Part shown: in pieces, positions 52,918-64,000 of the stretch
Position numbering within the stretch: position 1 is the stretch's first letter
How the letters are laid out: every line of letters starts with the position of its first letter
NCBI GenBank assembly: GCA_965153455.1
Contig: OZ234494.1
Span: 3,968,001 to 4,032,000 of the forward strand
DNA: 64,000 bases
Source: Sphagnum compactum
Lineage: Eukaryota
Direction: 5' to 3'
Position numbers and translations under genes: made by a program
Notes under the pieces: generated by a model
What the model saw: the letters and a program-made list of their open reading frames with translations, nothing else
Databases searched by the model: none
What the model was told of the DNA's origin: nothing

Positions 52918-53059
52918 CACTAACAGAAAAAAAGTCATTTTGTGACTTGTTTTAAATGACTAAAAATTTCATTTGCAGCTATTTTAAAGACCAAAATAGT
53001 CACAAACAACACCTTTAGTCACCTAAAGCAAGTCACAAAATGGGGTTTTTCTACTAATG
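52918..53059. mobile_element. Miniature CACTA-type element (142 bp)
   Basis: CACTAACAGAAAAAAAGTCATTTTGTGACTTG ... CAAGTCACAAAATGGGGTTTTTCTACTAATG, with 3-bp TSD TTG (52915-52917, 53060-53062). Confidence 0.8.
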
Positions 53060-56000
53060 TTGTCATCTTGGATTTTGTAGATAAAACCTTTTGCCATATT
53101 GTCTACTACAACAATGCAATCACTTTTTTAAAAGTTGCAACATGATATAGTAGCTTAAGGCTTCCAACTTTAGTCAATACATTGTTTTGGCTAACCTAAT
53201 TTGAAATTCTATCAAAGTTAAAGTTGAAAGTTACAAACTCACAAGTTAGAGGAATTGAACTACATACTATAATGTTGATATCAAGTAATTCATTGAATTG
53301 AAGAGGGCAACAAGCTCAAGGACCTAGGAAACAAATAGGAAACCCAAAAAAACCATTCTTCATTAGGTTTTCTTTTTTGATTCAATGGCACAATTTTTAA
53401 TTGGAATGTGGTGACCACTCTATTGTGCATGTAATTCATTCTAGTTTTGTTTCATATTCATTGTATTAATTATCATTGGCTATTAATTGGTTATGAAGTG
53501 ATTACATACAACAATAATTCTAGAGTGTTGACATGTTTCAAATGGGTAGGATAAGAAGGTAATTCAAAATTCTAGTGGACATGATGAAAATAAATGGCAT
53601 TTTTTTGCTTAAACCTCACATCCACCTAAAAATGTACATGTTTTACATGTACATGTTATAGATGAATAGGTAGTTCAAAACATTATGCAAAGATTTGGAG
53701 GCTACTATTATGATTCCTTCTCAAAATACAAGCAAAAATAACCAAATGCAAAAACTTGCCAAAAAAAACCCCTAAAATAATACATGATGAAAGGCCCCAA
53801 AAAGGGTGTTATAAAAAAGGAAAAAAACTGCCAAAATCTAAGTTCCTTCTCAAATGTAAACAATGAATCTCATTGAAAACCTACCGAAACCTAATAAAAA
53901 CTTGTATTTTATGGTAGAAAAGTTTTTAAAATATGACCAAACACTTATTAAATTCATAAAAGCCTTATGGCATGTTCTTGAAATCATTCTACTTCTTTGT
54001 TCAGCTATTCCTTTTTTGAACTTGTCTTTTTATTTTGAACTATATATTTCATTTTGTATCCCACATCTTGCTTGAGCTTTTAACGAATGTTAAATATGTT
54101 GATACTTTTCCTTTTTTTCATTTAAAATGTTTAATATATTTAAATTTGAGCAATCAATATTAACATTATAAAATATGACCATGTTTTCTTCGACATGTGT
54201 CCAAAACAAACTTTTTGAAACTTAATCTTTCATAACCTAGTCTTTGAAACATCCTTTCTAAAACATGCTTCACATGACATTTTTTTATGTAAGGACCTCA
54301 AATTGCATGATGATGGCCTTGTCAAGTACGTGTTGTTTTTTGAAAATGAGTCCAAGTAAGAGATTCAATCTAACCTAATGATGATCAAATTTTGTCAATC
54401 TTTACAAAACATGAAAAATTAAAGGGTGAGATGTTGGATTTCATGTTCTAGTGCATTTGTTTTTGCACCCTTCAAAAGTACAATGGCATTATTATGTAAT
54501 TCACTATTGAATTGTGAAAATGGTCATGCAAATGCACTTAGAAAAAGGGAATGTGTAGAAGAAAGTTTGTTTAGTGGGGCATGAAAACCTTAAAGAAGGC
54601 TTGTGGTATAAAAAACACTTTGGTTCTTCCATACAATGAAAAAATCCATTAATCCTTGTCATAATATAGTGCAAGTGGAATTTATATGTTGACTCAAACT
54701 AAGTTATTACGCAATGTCAAAAGTTAATTGATTTATAAAACGTGCAAAAATAGGTTGGGCTTACGTGAAAAAATTAAAAATGACTCCAAGGAATGGAGCT
54801 CTATAAAAGAAAGATCAATTATTCACACCCATGTTTTTCAATAAAGGTTTAATTGGAGTGTAGCTATTACATATTATATTTTTATTTAGTATGTTGATAA
54901 GCGAAACGATACAAAACATCATATTCATATTGAAATGAATATCACAATATCTAATGTTACAAATGAATTCAACTCACATTGCATAAGATGTCTTTGTGTC
55001 TATTCCATACCTTCCATGTTTCAAAAAATATTAAGGTGTTTTGTTTCAATGTATTCGTGTTTCAATGTTTTCTTTGTCTTATTATTAATTATTTAATTTT
55101 CTTTCTTTAGATGTTTATTTGTTTCAATGGTTTTTTAGGTTCCATGTTTTTATGTTTCAATGTTTTAATGTTTTCTATGGTTATGTCCTTATCATTTTGT
55201 GTTTAAAATTGTTTCTATAGTTATGTTTATGTAATTTTTATTAGGATTTCATATTTGTGTTATTTTTGTATTTTTAAGATTCTTTTGCCCATGTATTGAT
55301 GTCATAATGATTGTGATTTTTAATCTAAATTTTTTCATGTATTTTTTAAAAAACAAAATTGGGAAGAACCTAAAGGTGAATGTTTATAGGTATGGATTTT
55401 AAGAACCCTTTGGAAAAAGCTTGTGAATCCAAGTCATACATCCTAAGCTCCCCATTGTCTTAAGCGAAGGTTCATTGAAAAATCTTTCAAATGATATGTA
55501 GGTCCTCCCTATAGAGCCTAGTTTTAGGATGAATCTATTTTGATAAATGCATGGAGATTCAGAAACTTTTAAAAATAAAAATAAAACCATTATGTAAAAA
55601 ATGTTTCTACACATGTTAAAAATCTTGAAAATATTATTAGCACTGAAGGCACCAAACAAGAAATGAACCTACTTAATTTAATCAACTACTTTTTGGTACT
55701 TTGAATGTAACATAGTATTTTGAATACCCAATGAAACATGGCTCAACATCTAGATGGGATTTAATGACAAACAAGGAAGTTCAAAGTTATCCATGTACTT
55801 TATTTCCCCATCAACAAACTCATTTATGTTCTTCATCAAGGTTCATTTTTAACTCATTAATGCCTATCACACATCAAATGCATATAAAATAAAACCCATA
55901 CTTGTTAATAAAACTAAACCAATTTTTTTAATTGCAAGTGTGAGTTATGCCCCCTTATAACAAGATCAAACAACCAACATGGAAAAACTAAGAACAAGGA

Positions 56001-56390
56001 TCAAACTTTTAAAACCATTAATTTCATTCAAAGCCAATTTTAGATTGAAAATTATTTTGGATAAAACTGTTAATGAACCCTAACCCATCGACCTTATTGT
56101 CATTGAAAAAATATTGAATGTTAATCAATTGATTGAATCTTTGATGAGATTTGTAAGCACAAATGCAACTACGCTATTTAAAATAAGACATTGCAAAAAA
56201 ATAAATTTAAAATATTTTTTTAAAAAAAAAATTTGGGATATTCTTTTGAATTGTTAAAAAATTCTTTCCAGCCCTCATACTTCAAGTATGCATTTTCTTA
56301 TTATCGTTAATAACTATTGATTAACGTGTTTTGTACGATATCTAAATAATCATATTTAAAGTTTTTTTAACATTCATTAAGTAATACATT

Positions 56391-56815
56391 CTAGTGTGGC
56401 CTATGCCATTGGCCTAAGTGCAAATGCTACAAGTGTGAATACGACCTCAACAATAGAGTTCAATCATTAAAAAAATAAATAGATTAAATCAAATTTTAAT
56501 GATAAAATTACTCAAAATTCAATATCTCCCCTAAGCTTTGTTAAAAAAATTCGATATCACCTACACAAAATCCCACTCATCAAGGGCTTTCCAATAATGC
56601 CAAGAACTTGCCCCAATTTCACTTTATTTTTATTTTTGATTTTATAAAATTCTCTTTGACAAAATTGTTCAATGTTCAATTATTTTTGCACCGTATGTTT
56701 AAACATTACAAAATCTCCTTGGTGCACCTTTACTCATTGAGAGGTTTCCAATGATACCAAAAGCATGGTGAGTAAGGTACCATGGTTTGGGAGATCTCAA
56801 CATGACAAACAAAAT
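56391..56815 (-). mobile_element. Non-autonomous Helitron-like element (related to 30855-31290)
   Basis: The minus strand ends CACTTAGGCCAATGGCATAGGCCACACTAG. Internal blocks (ttcttggc..ttggaaagc, gagatc, ttttgtttg) match the first copy. The 5' end is approximate. Confidence 0.58.
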
Positions 56816-59078
56816 TTGGGCTCTACATTGCTTCACACTACCAATGATGATGTCTTTATTTATTAATCATATCCAATGATTAGCATATGATTCACATTTA
56901 AACACAATCTAAAACAAGCTGCTTGTTAATTAATGGTACTATGATTAAGTAACAAGTGACCACTACTTCATTTACTCATTGGTGCAATTTTGTTTTACTA
57001 CACAAATGCTTTTGAAAAGCAAATTTACAATACCACTTTCACAACTTGTATTTACCTTATAAATAGATCTGAATATTAAGATAGAAATTTGTCTTGTTTT
57101 GTTAGCACACCTTAACCCTCCTAAACCAGGGGGCACTTGTTGTGCTTTTGGTACTGTTAGAAAGCCCTCTACAAGGTAATGCACACCATGGTCATTTTGG
57201 AAATTTTGGTCCAATCAATAAAAGGTTGTTGAATTTAGAATGACTTTTTTCATTGAATATTAATTAAAATTTATCAACTTATTATTTTGAACTAATGAAT
57301 GCCTCTTCATCATATTGGCCTTTCTGTTTGACCTTTCACAACCAAAACCTTCAACTCCCTTTCACATACAAAACTTCTTTAAAAAATTCTAAAAATTTCA
57401 ATGACACAAGTTCACACTTGAGCCAACAAGATTTTTTCACAATTGAGTTTTTATTTAAAAGTCATGTCTCTTACAGCCTTGAAGATGTTTTCTAGAAAGT
57501 TGTCTTAAATCAATACAATCATTCACGATTATGTATTCATTTATTACCATTTTAAATAAATACTCGATCCTTGATTAAAAGAGTCTCAAGGAATTCCACC
57601 AATGACACCATCCATGGATGAAACGCCTCATTGAGGTCCAATGATCAATCCACCTAATGTATCCACAAGACTCTTCTGTGTGTACATGTCCCCTTAGGCT
57701 GATTGTGTGAGCTTAAACAGGTGAAGCACCTTGGGTTTCCACTGAGAGTGACTTCATCCAAGGAGAGCCAGTGAAAGGTTGATTGTAGCCATGTCAGTCC
57801 CTGCTTGGAAGGGACCTCAACTGACAATTAAATGCTCCTCTTCCACTTGAATAAGCTCCTTACTGGAACACAAGCATAAGTCAAAGAATGAAATCATATC
57901 TGCCAACAAGTCTTACAATCTCTAACCCATGTTAGGAGTAAAACCCACCCTGCACATCATTCCATAGTCACATTGGTTCCAGATTTGTACAAAATCAAAC
58001 ATTCCATGAAAACAAGGGGTGTGTCACACACTGTGGCCTTGCTATTTACATTAAAAAGTATCCTAAGGCAAAAGAAGAATTAGGGAAACTCAAATATGTA
58101 ACCGTGCAAAAATATAATCTTCAAAAAAACCCTCTAAAAGAAACCAAAATTCTTCAAGATATTTTAACTCTATAACTAATCTCAAATTTCAACACAAGCC
58201 AAAATATCATGTTTCAAAAACCCTCATATAAACATAGACCTATTTACCTTGGCACTAAAATCCCTTAAGCTACTATACTCTATAATGACTCTAAACACAA
58301 TATCCTTGCCTTCGTAGGTAAGGCCAACAAACTGCTGCACAACCGTGACCTATTTACCTGGAATTTTGCAGCTTCAATGGCTCTCCCAGGTTGTTCTGCA
58401 AAACACAACTCACAGTTCTTGGAACTGAAATGCACAAATCTTAGTATGTCCTGCAATCAGAGGGAGCAATGCATTTCACCGTGCACTAATTTTTCATGCT
58501 CAATCATTTTCCATTGGAAGAGTGACACCCAAAGATATTCCAATTAGTTGCTCAAACATTTATTTTTTGCTTAATGAGCAGAGTCACACCTGAAACCTTT
58601 TCTGGCCACCTGGTGGTTTGCCAAATCATTCATCAAGAGATTTGATGAAGTAAACACAGAGAATACAGTCTACTCACAAACTCAAAAAGAATAAAATCTA
58701 CAAAACAACTGCAACTAAAAGGGGCTGATTATTTGTACTGAGGTAGACCATCATCCCTGTTTAACATAACTGCCCTGTGAGATGCTTCCAGTATCACACA
58801 CAAGTTTACACAAGAGACGAGGTACATGGGTATGGACAATCATACACCACACTTAAAGAAATACTGGGCACATTGCCAGAGAATCTCCATGAGGACGATC
58901 TGGAGCCCTGGAAGCCTTACTAATATGTGTGCACTACATCAATGTTTTTATTCTAGTGCCACAGTATCTTGGTAGAGTCTGTGCCTCTCTTGAGACTGTT
59001 GAATCATAAGATTGGGCAGGTCTAAGTTGATAGATCCATAGGAAGGTGAAAGCCGAACAGTCAACAATGCAGAGCAGG

Positions 59079-62000
59079 TCAATCATCCCCATTGACAGAG
59101 AGAGAGAAGGGTGCAATTTCAACATCAAATGTTGCCAGGGACTTCTCATCTGTGTACTTCATTTGATAAGCTCCCTCCTGCAAAGTAAAAATAAGTACTG
59201 GCTCACAGAACCAGTCTAGCAAATTCCTCACAATGTATAAATGTGTCATCAAATGACTATTTGACATGAACCCACTGATTGTAGTGGCAATTCACAGTCA
59301 GAGGAAAAGTTAACCTTGCTGTGCTTCCATCACAAACTGAGAAAACACGTGAATATGGAAGTGCTCCAATCTTATCCTAAACAACTTACCATTCTTCCTG
59401 TGGAAGTGCTCAGTGGACATGCTGATGTATACTCAAAACTAGTTCCTGGAAGTAGCACTGGTTGTTGTCCTGTGACTCCTAAACCCCTGCATGGAGAACA
59501 ACTTTTTCTGTCAGAAATTAACTCCAACCATAAACCTACTCCTTAATGCAAGGTCCATAAACCAAAATGTCAGACTTGCTTCTCTCCAGTAGTAGTCTAG
59601 CACTTTCCTTTGTAGCAGGAACCCCTGCTTCTCATTGCAGTACATGATAAAGAATGGTTCTTGATCTGAAGTAACCATAGTTCCAAGGTTATGTTAAAGC
59701 TGTTTTCAAGACTTGTCAATTGGATCTCTGACAATGGAAGGAGCATAAATTTGGTAACTGACACACAACAAAGACTATAAAACCAGCAGGAACAACAAAT
59801 GCAAGCAGTTGAAGATATTCTCTGAGAACATAACACAGATAGTAGATGATATAATCACCTAACATGCTCAATCTTTCCAGCAGCATCAGTGATAATCCAA
59901 TGCCTGCTTAAAAGCTGAACACTCCGGAAACCTTCATTACTGATGCGAATCCGATATGCAAAAAAGTATTGTTGTTTGCAAGGTTGGCTTCGATCTCTGA
60001 CATAGACACTCCGCACACGGACACGAATTCCCTGCAGTCCATTCACCAAGCATGCAATAAGAAAACATAAAAATCTTTCATCTCCTACTGCAACTCAGAA
60101 CTTGCTTGACTATATTTGATGGGAGAAAAGGTCAAACAACGTTGGACAGTTCTGCACAGGCTGTAGGGGAAGAGGAGAAGCACTCAAACAGCATAGCAAT
60201 AATAGCCTGTTGTTATGTTAAAGCAAGCCACCAGAGAAGTAGATAGTGTAACTTTGGCCATCTACCCTCATTACCTCAGTAGTGATGTCACTAAAACACT
60301 TCAATCGAGTGTGATCCTTTTGAGGAGCTAATCTGTTTAGCTCATCCCGGTACCTTGCAGCATCCTGCACAGGATGCACTCATGTGAGATGCAAATAGGT
60401 TCAAAAGTATGAATTCCAAACCTATTCCTGATATAGTCACTTCTACAAATCAAACAAGCAATGATCAACAGATTTTCCTTGGGGCACAATTCAAGTGAAA
60501 TCTTTGACTGTACACTTGTTATTACCCAGTAAAACACTAATACAGAACCCAGGAAGGAAATGGGCAAGTCTCTTAATGGCCATAATAGTACTCTGCTTAT
60601 TCAGCTCTTCCACTCCAAGACACTAAATCTTTGTAGATGTAGAGAGAGTTCAGTGCAATACAGCATACTGCTCTTCTGCAATGGCCTTCTCCATCATTGT
60701 CTTCAGCCTCAACACAGGATCTTCACATTCAAGTGCCTTTATCATGTCCCTAAGTCGAGCAGCCTCTTTATAGTCCTGCAAAATCCCCCACATTAACATG
60801 TTATCCAAATAGCAACCCCTTGACATTACCAGCTAGGTCATACCTGAACCTCTTTCAATGGTTTTGATTGGAGTGACATTTCTTTTCAACCAGACAAAAA
60901 GGCAGGTACATTGAAGTTCATGACATCAGAGGCAGTCATATGCCCTACAATTTGCCCACTGCCAACTGAAGCCTCCCATGGCAGTATGGAATCATGTTGC
61001 TCTTCTCCACCTTACGAAGTTTCTCTCCAAACTCCAAATTCAATACTAGAAGGCACTCTCAGAAAAAAAAAGAGGTCACAGTAGTTTGGTATCTGTAAGC
61101 TATCATGAATCATCTGCTTAGAGTTCTTCCCAAAGGTCTGCAATCAGTCATACCTCTTGGTCTGTGGCAATATCCAACTGGAGTTGTAATTGGATCAACA
61201 TTTGACCATGAAGCATTGATAAATCAGCACCTGGAGTAACAGCTGGAGTGACAGTTTGTCCTCCTTCATCCATCCCTATTCCAGAAAAACATATTCCCGG
61301 TTGACAATCAAAAAAGTTGGTATATTTATTATGGCTCCCTTTTAATAGGCCTTAAGCTTGCACTCAAGCAGGATGGTTTCATGTGTCCGCAACCAAATAC
61401 AGAATTGAGAGGATGACCTAACATCTCTTCAATTTACAGGAAAAGATAAATTTCTTGCAGAAAGGATGTAGGTTGATTTCAATTGCTCTAGTCAGTGACT
61501 GGACTTGTATGAGTAACTGTTACATTTGGCAATCAGTCCACTTAGGGAGAGATGCAATGAGGAATTGGCTGATTGAAACTTGTAAGGCTAAACACAACTG
61601 AGAGAGGCTAGAGTCCCAAATGATGCTTTCAATTCATGTCAACCGAGCTTCAATCCTCAATTGCACTAGTTTTTCAGCCAATGCCAAGCAAGAAGTAGAA
61701 AAACAATGCTGAGAAATCCCATTTCAGAATTGAAGCTGACCTGTTTCTCCAGTTCCCATCTGTAATTTACCTCATTTACAGAGGTTCAGCTACTCAGAGA
61801 AAGCAGACAACCCAAGGGGAGTGGCAACAGAGAGAATGAAGCTGCAGAAGCAGCAAACAAATGAAATCAAACAGAGCTTACCTGCTCTGGCTGTTCCAAC
61901 ACTCCATCTTCCTCTGCTGTGCAATCGTTTGCTTGGGAACAAAGACTCAAGGTTCACTTTCCCTGGCCATTTTGCTGGTCGTCTAGTTTCAACACCAGAG

Positions 62001-62173
62001 ATAGGGTTTTGCTGAATAGATGAGTATGTGCAGCTACCACAGGAATTACTGCTACAAGGACTGCTGGTGCTAATTCTGTATGCTCTGTCTGTTTCGGTAG
62101 TTGGGAGCTGGAGATCGTTCAACCAACAAGAATCACTAACAGCTAACAAACCTGATTTTCCCAACACTGCCAT
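59079..62173 (-). CDS. UVR-motif + ApaG (DUF525) domain protein, 328 aa, probable organellar transit peptide
   Basis: Exons 62173-61882, 61275-61154, 60775-60662, 60364-60275, 60031-59859, 59486-59390, 59177-59079 (987 nt, all GT-AG, phases consistent). Two UVR-like motifs ([38 protein letters not shown]). ApaG motifs [53 protein letters not shown]. Confidence 0.9.
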
Positions 62174-63644
62174 TCTTCTGTTTCTCAATCAAATTAACTT
62201 GTAAAAAGCAAGCTAAGACTCTGAAGGGTGGCAAGACTTTTGTCCATGTCTCAAGAGCATGGCGAGCACCAATTCAAGGCTGTCAGGATTTTTTTAGCAA
62301 AAGACTAGTGATTGTAACCCTATAAACTCATCTGCTGAAATTGTGACAATCTGCAGCTGGCACCTCCAAGTGGAACAAGAAACTGCCCGTAAAATTCCAG
62401 CAGATTCTAGGAGCACTCCAAAGGTAGAGAATATATCCTGGAGACCAGGATGTGTACTGTAGACCAATGTGTGTCAGTCAGTCTGAAATGTAGACTGCCT
62501 TGGGATGCTGAAAACACTCTCTGAACACAAAAGGAGTATAACAACCAGATCTTTGGGGTGGGGGGGAGGAATTCTCCAAACAAGAGTTGTAGACTTCCTA
62601 TTACGTCACAAGGTTTCTCAGATGCTCCGGAACTCCTCAAACTCCTCCAGACGCAAGACTAGGACCTCCGGCTTGTTGACCTAGAAGATTGAATCCTCCT
62701 CCTCTTCCTTCTCTTCAAGAACCGCAATGAACGCGACACAATGCGAGAAGGTTATGCTTCGGAATCTGAAGAAGAAATAAAAGAAAAATCCGTTTCATTC
62801 ACTACACCAAAATATCTCTGAGCTCTATCGTTTTCTTACCGAGAGAACGAGAAAATCACGAAAACCACCTGATGTAAGTTCACCAAAAAAAAAAGAGGAA
62901 AGTTTCTTGTTAGTAGCGCTAAACATACAAGGCTATCAAAGCAGAATAAACAAAAACATACGGGGAACAAGGAACGCACAAGAGAACAACAACAACAACA
63001 ACAGAAGCCTCGTCAAAGTTCCAAATGAGTACAACATTCCATTGCAAGGATTCAGGAAACCACTGAAAAAAAAGTAAAAAAAGAAAACAATCAAATCCAG
63101 CTCTCTAACAAGACGCCATAAGATTCTCACCAGGAAAAGAACAAGAAGAAGCATTAAGGTCAAAAAAAAGACTTACTCGTCATCATTGGAGAGTGGGAAA
63201 ATGATAGAAGGTCTAGCAGGAAGAACGTCCTCAAAGCTTCCAAAACACATAACCACCGCAACAATCGTGGAAGCAAAAGCCCCACGAGATAGGCGACGGA
63301 GAGCTCCACGATCGGTCGAATGGGAAAGGGAAGAGAAAACCGCGAGCGAAGCAAAAAACCACGACGCAACGACCGACACTCCTACGCTGCTGTCAAATAG
63401 TAACGAAGACACAAAAACCAATAAGCAAACAGATTAGGGCTGCCTTGCTAGGCACCTACTTCTAGGTACCTATCTATATTGGACAAGATAAACATAACCC
63501 ACATTGGCTGGTACCTTGGACTGGATCAGATGGGTACCTACCTACCTACTACCTATACCTACCCCCCTTTCGTTGGGCCCTGCCCCAACAAGGACAGGGA
63601 CGAACAGTACAAAGGAGGAATTTTTTTTCTTTGGAAAAAATTGT

Positions 63645-63835
63645 GCCCAAGTCGCCATATTCTGAGGGGAAAAAAGTTCTGAAATCGCCATATTTTGACT
63701 CTAGGTCCTGTTCCTGGAAACAAAGCAGGATTCTAATTTATTTATTTTTTCCCAACTTTCCTCTCTGACTGGTTGTCAAATTTGGCTCGTTCCTCTTGTG
63801 GACGATCGCCAATTCACCTACCTCACAAAAATTTA
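63645..63835 (+). repeat. Dispersed repeat (same family as 43406-43590)
   Basis: gtcgccatattctgagg...gcaggattct...tttggctcgttcctcttgtggacgatcgcc. Confidence 0.65.
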
Positions 63836-64000
63836 TAAAAACATTTGGTAAAAAAAGTTTGCTTTGATAGTACATTGGGACCTTTGGCACTAATTATATT
63901 ATTTGTAAATTTTTAGACTTTTTCACACAAAAGAAAAGCTTTTTTCAAGGGAAAAAAAATCCGAAAGAGATTAGGAATATTTTTGGAATATTCAGGAGTA

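Noticed and set aside
54500..55850. Coding-like fragments (e.g. minus-strand VDGEIKYMDNFELP)
   Set aside because: Too decayed to assign to any family
61741..61759. 19-nt AG..GT-bounded candidate exon in ApaG intron 1
   Set aside because: It would frameshift the CDS, and exons 1 and 2 already join in phase
63186..63437. 83-aa plus-strand ORF
   Set aside because: TTG start, low complexity, and antisense to the probable 5' leader of the ApaG gene

Overview
Eukaryotic, intron-containing plant genomic DNA, not prokaryotic. AT-rich intergenic DNA, TTTAGGG-type telomere motifs, gene content and the style of the dispersed repeats suggest a moss such as Sphagnum (inference, not verified). Three intact spliced genes were reconstructed by hand with AG/GT splice sites and consistent phases. 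(1) A methylesterase (MES/SABP2/HNL-family alpha/beta hydrolase) with an atypical hydrophobic N-terminal extension (+, 27227-29708, 5 exons, 318 aa). (2) A strictosidine-synthase-like protein (-, 44052-41844, 4 exons, 399 aa). (3) A UVR-motif + ApaG-domain protein with a transit-peptide-like N-terminus (-, 62173-59079, 7 exons, 328 aa). Most of the rest is decayed, nested transposons: a near-full-length LINE (RTE-X-like) interrupted by a solo LTR, a Harbinger transposase relic, three hAT-type transposase relics (one split by a CACTA element), CACTA/hAT MITEs, two Helitron-like elements, and a GGGTGAAA-TIR family, one member of which may carry an unidentified coding relic. The most unusual observations are a 3'-flank tandem array built from copies of the SSL gene's own stop-codon region, the extended MES, and the unidentified cargo gene. 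No CRISPR, rRNA or intact tRNA was found, and no clearly new multi-gene system is supported by the sequence alone.
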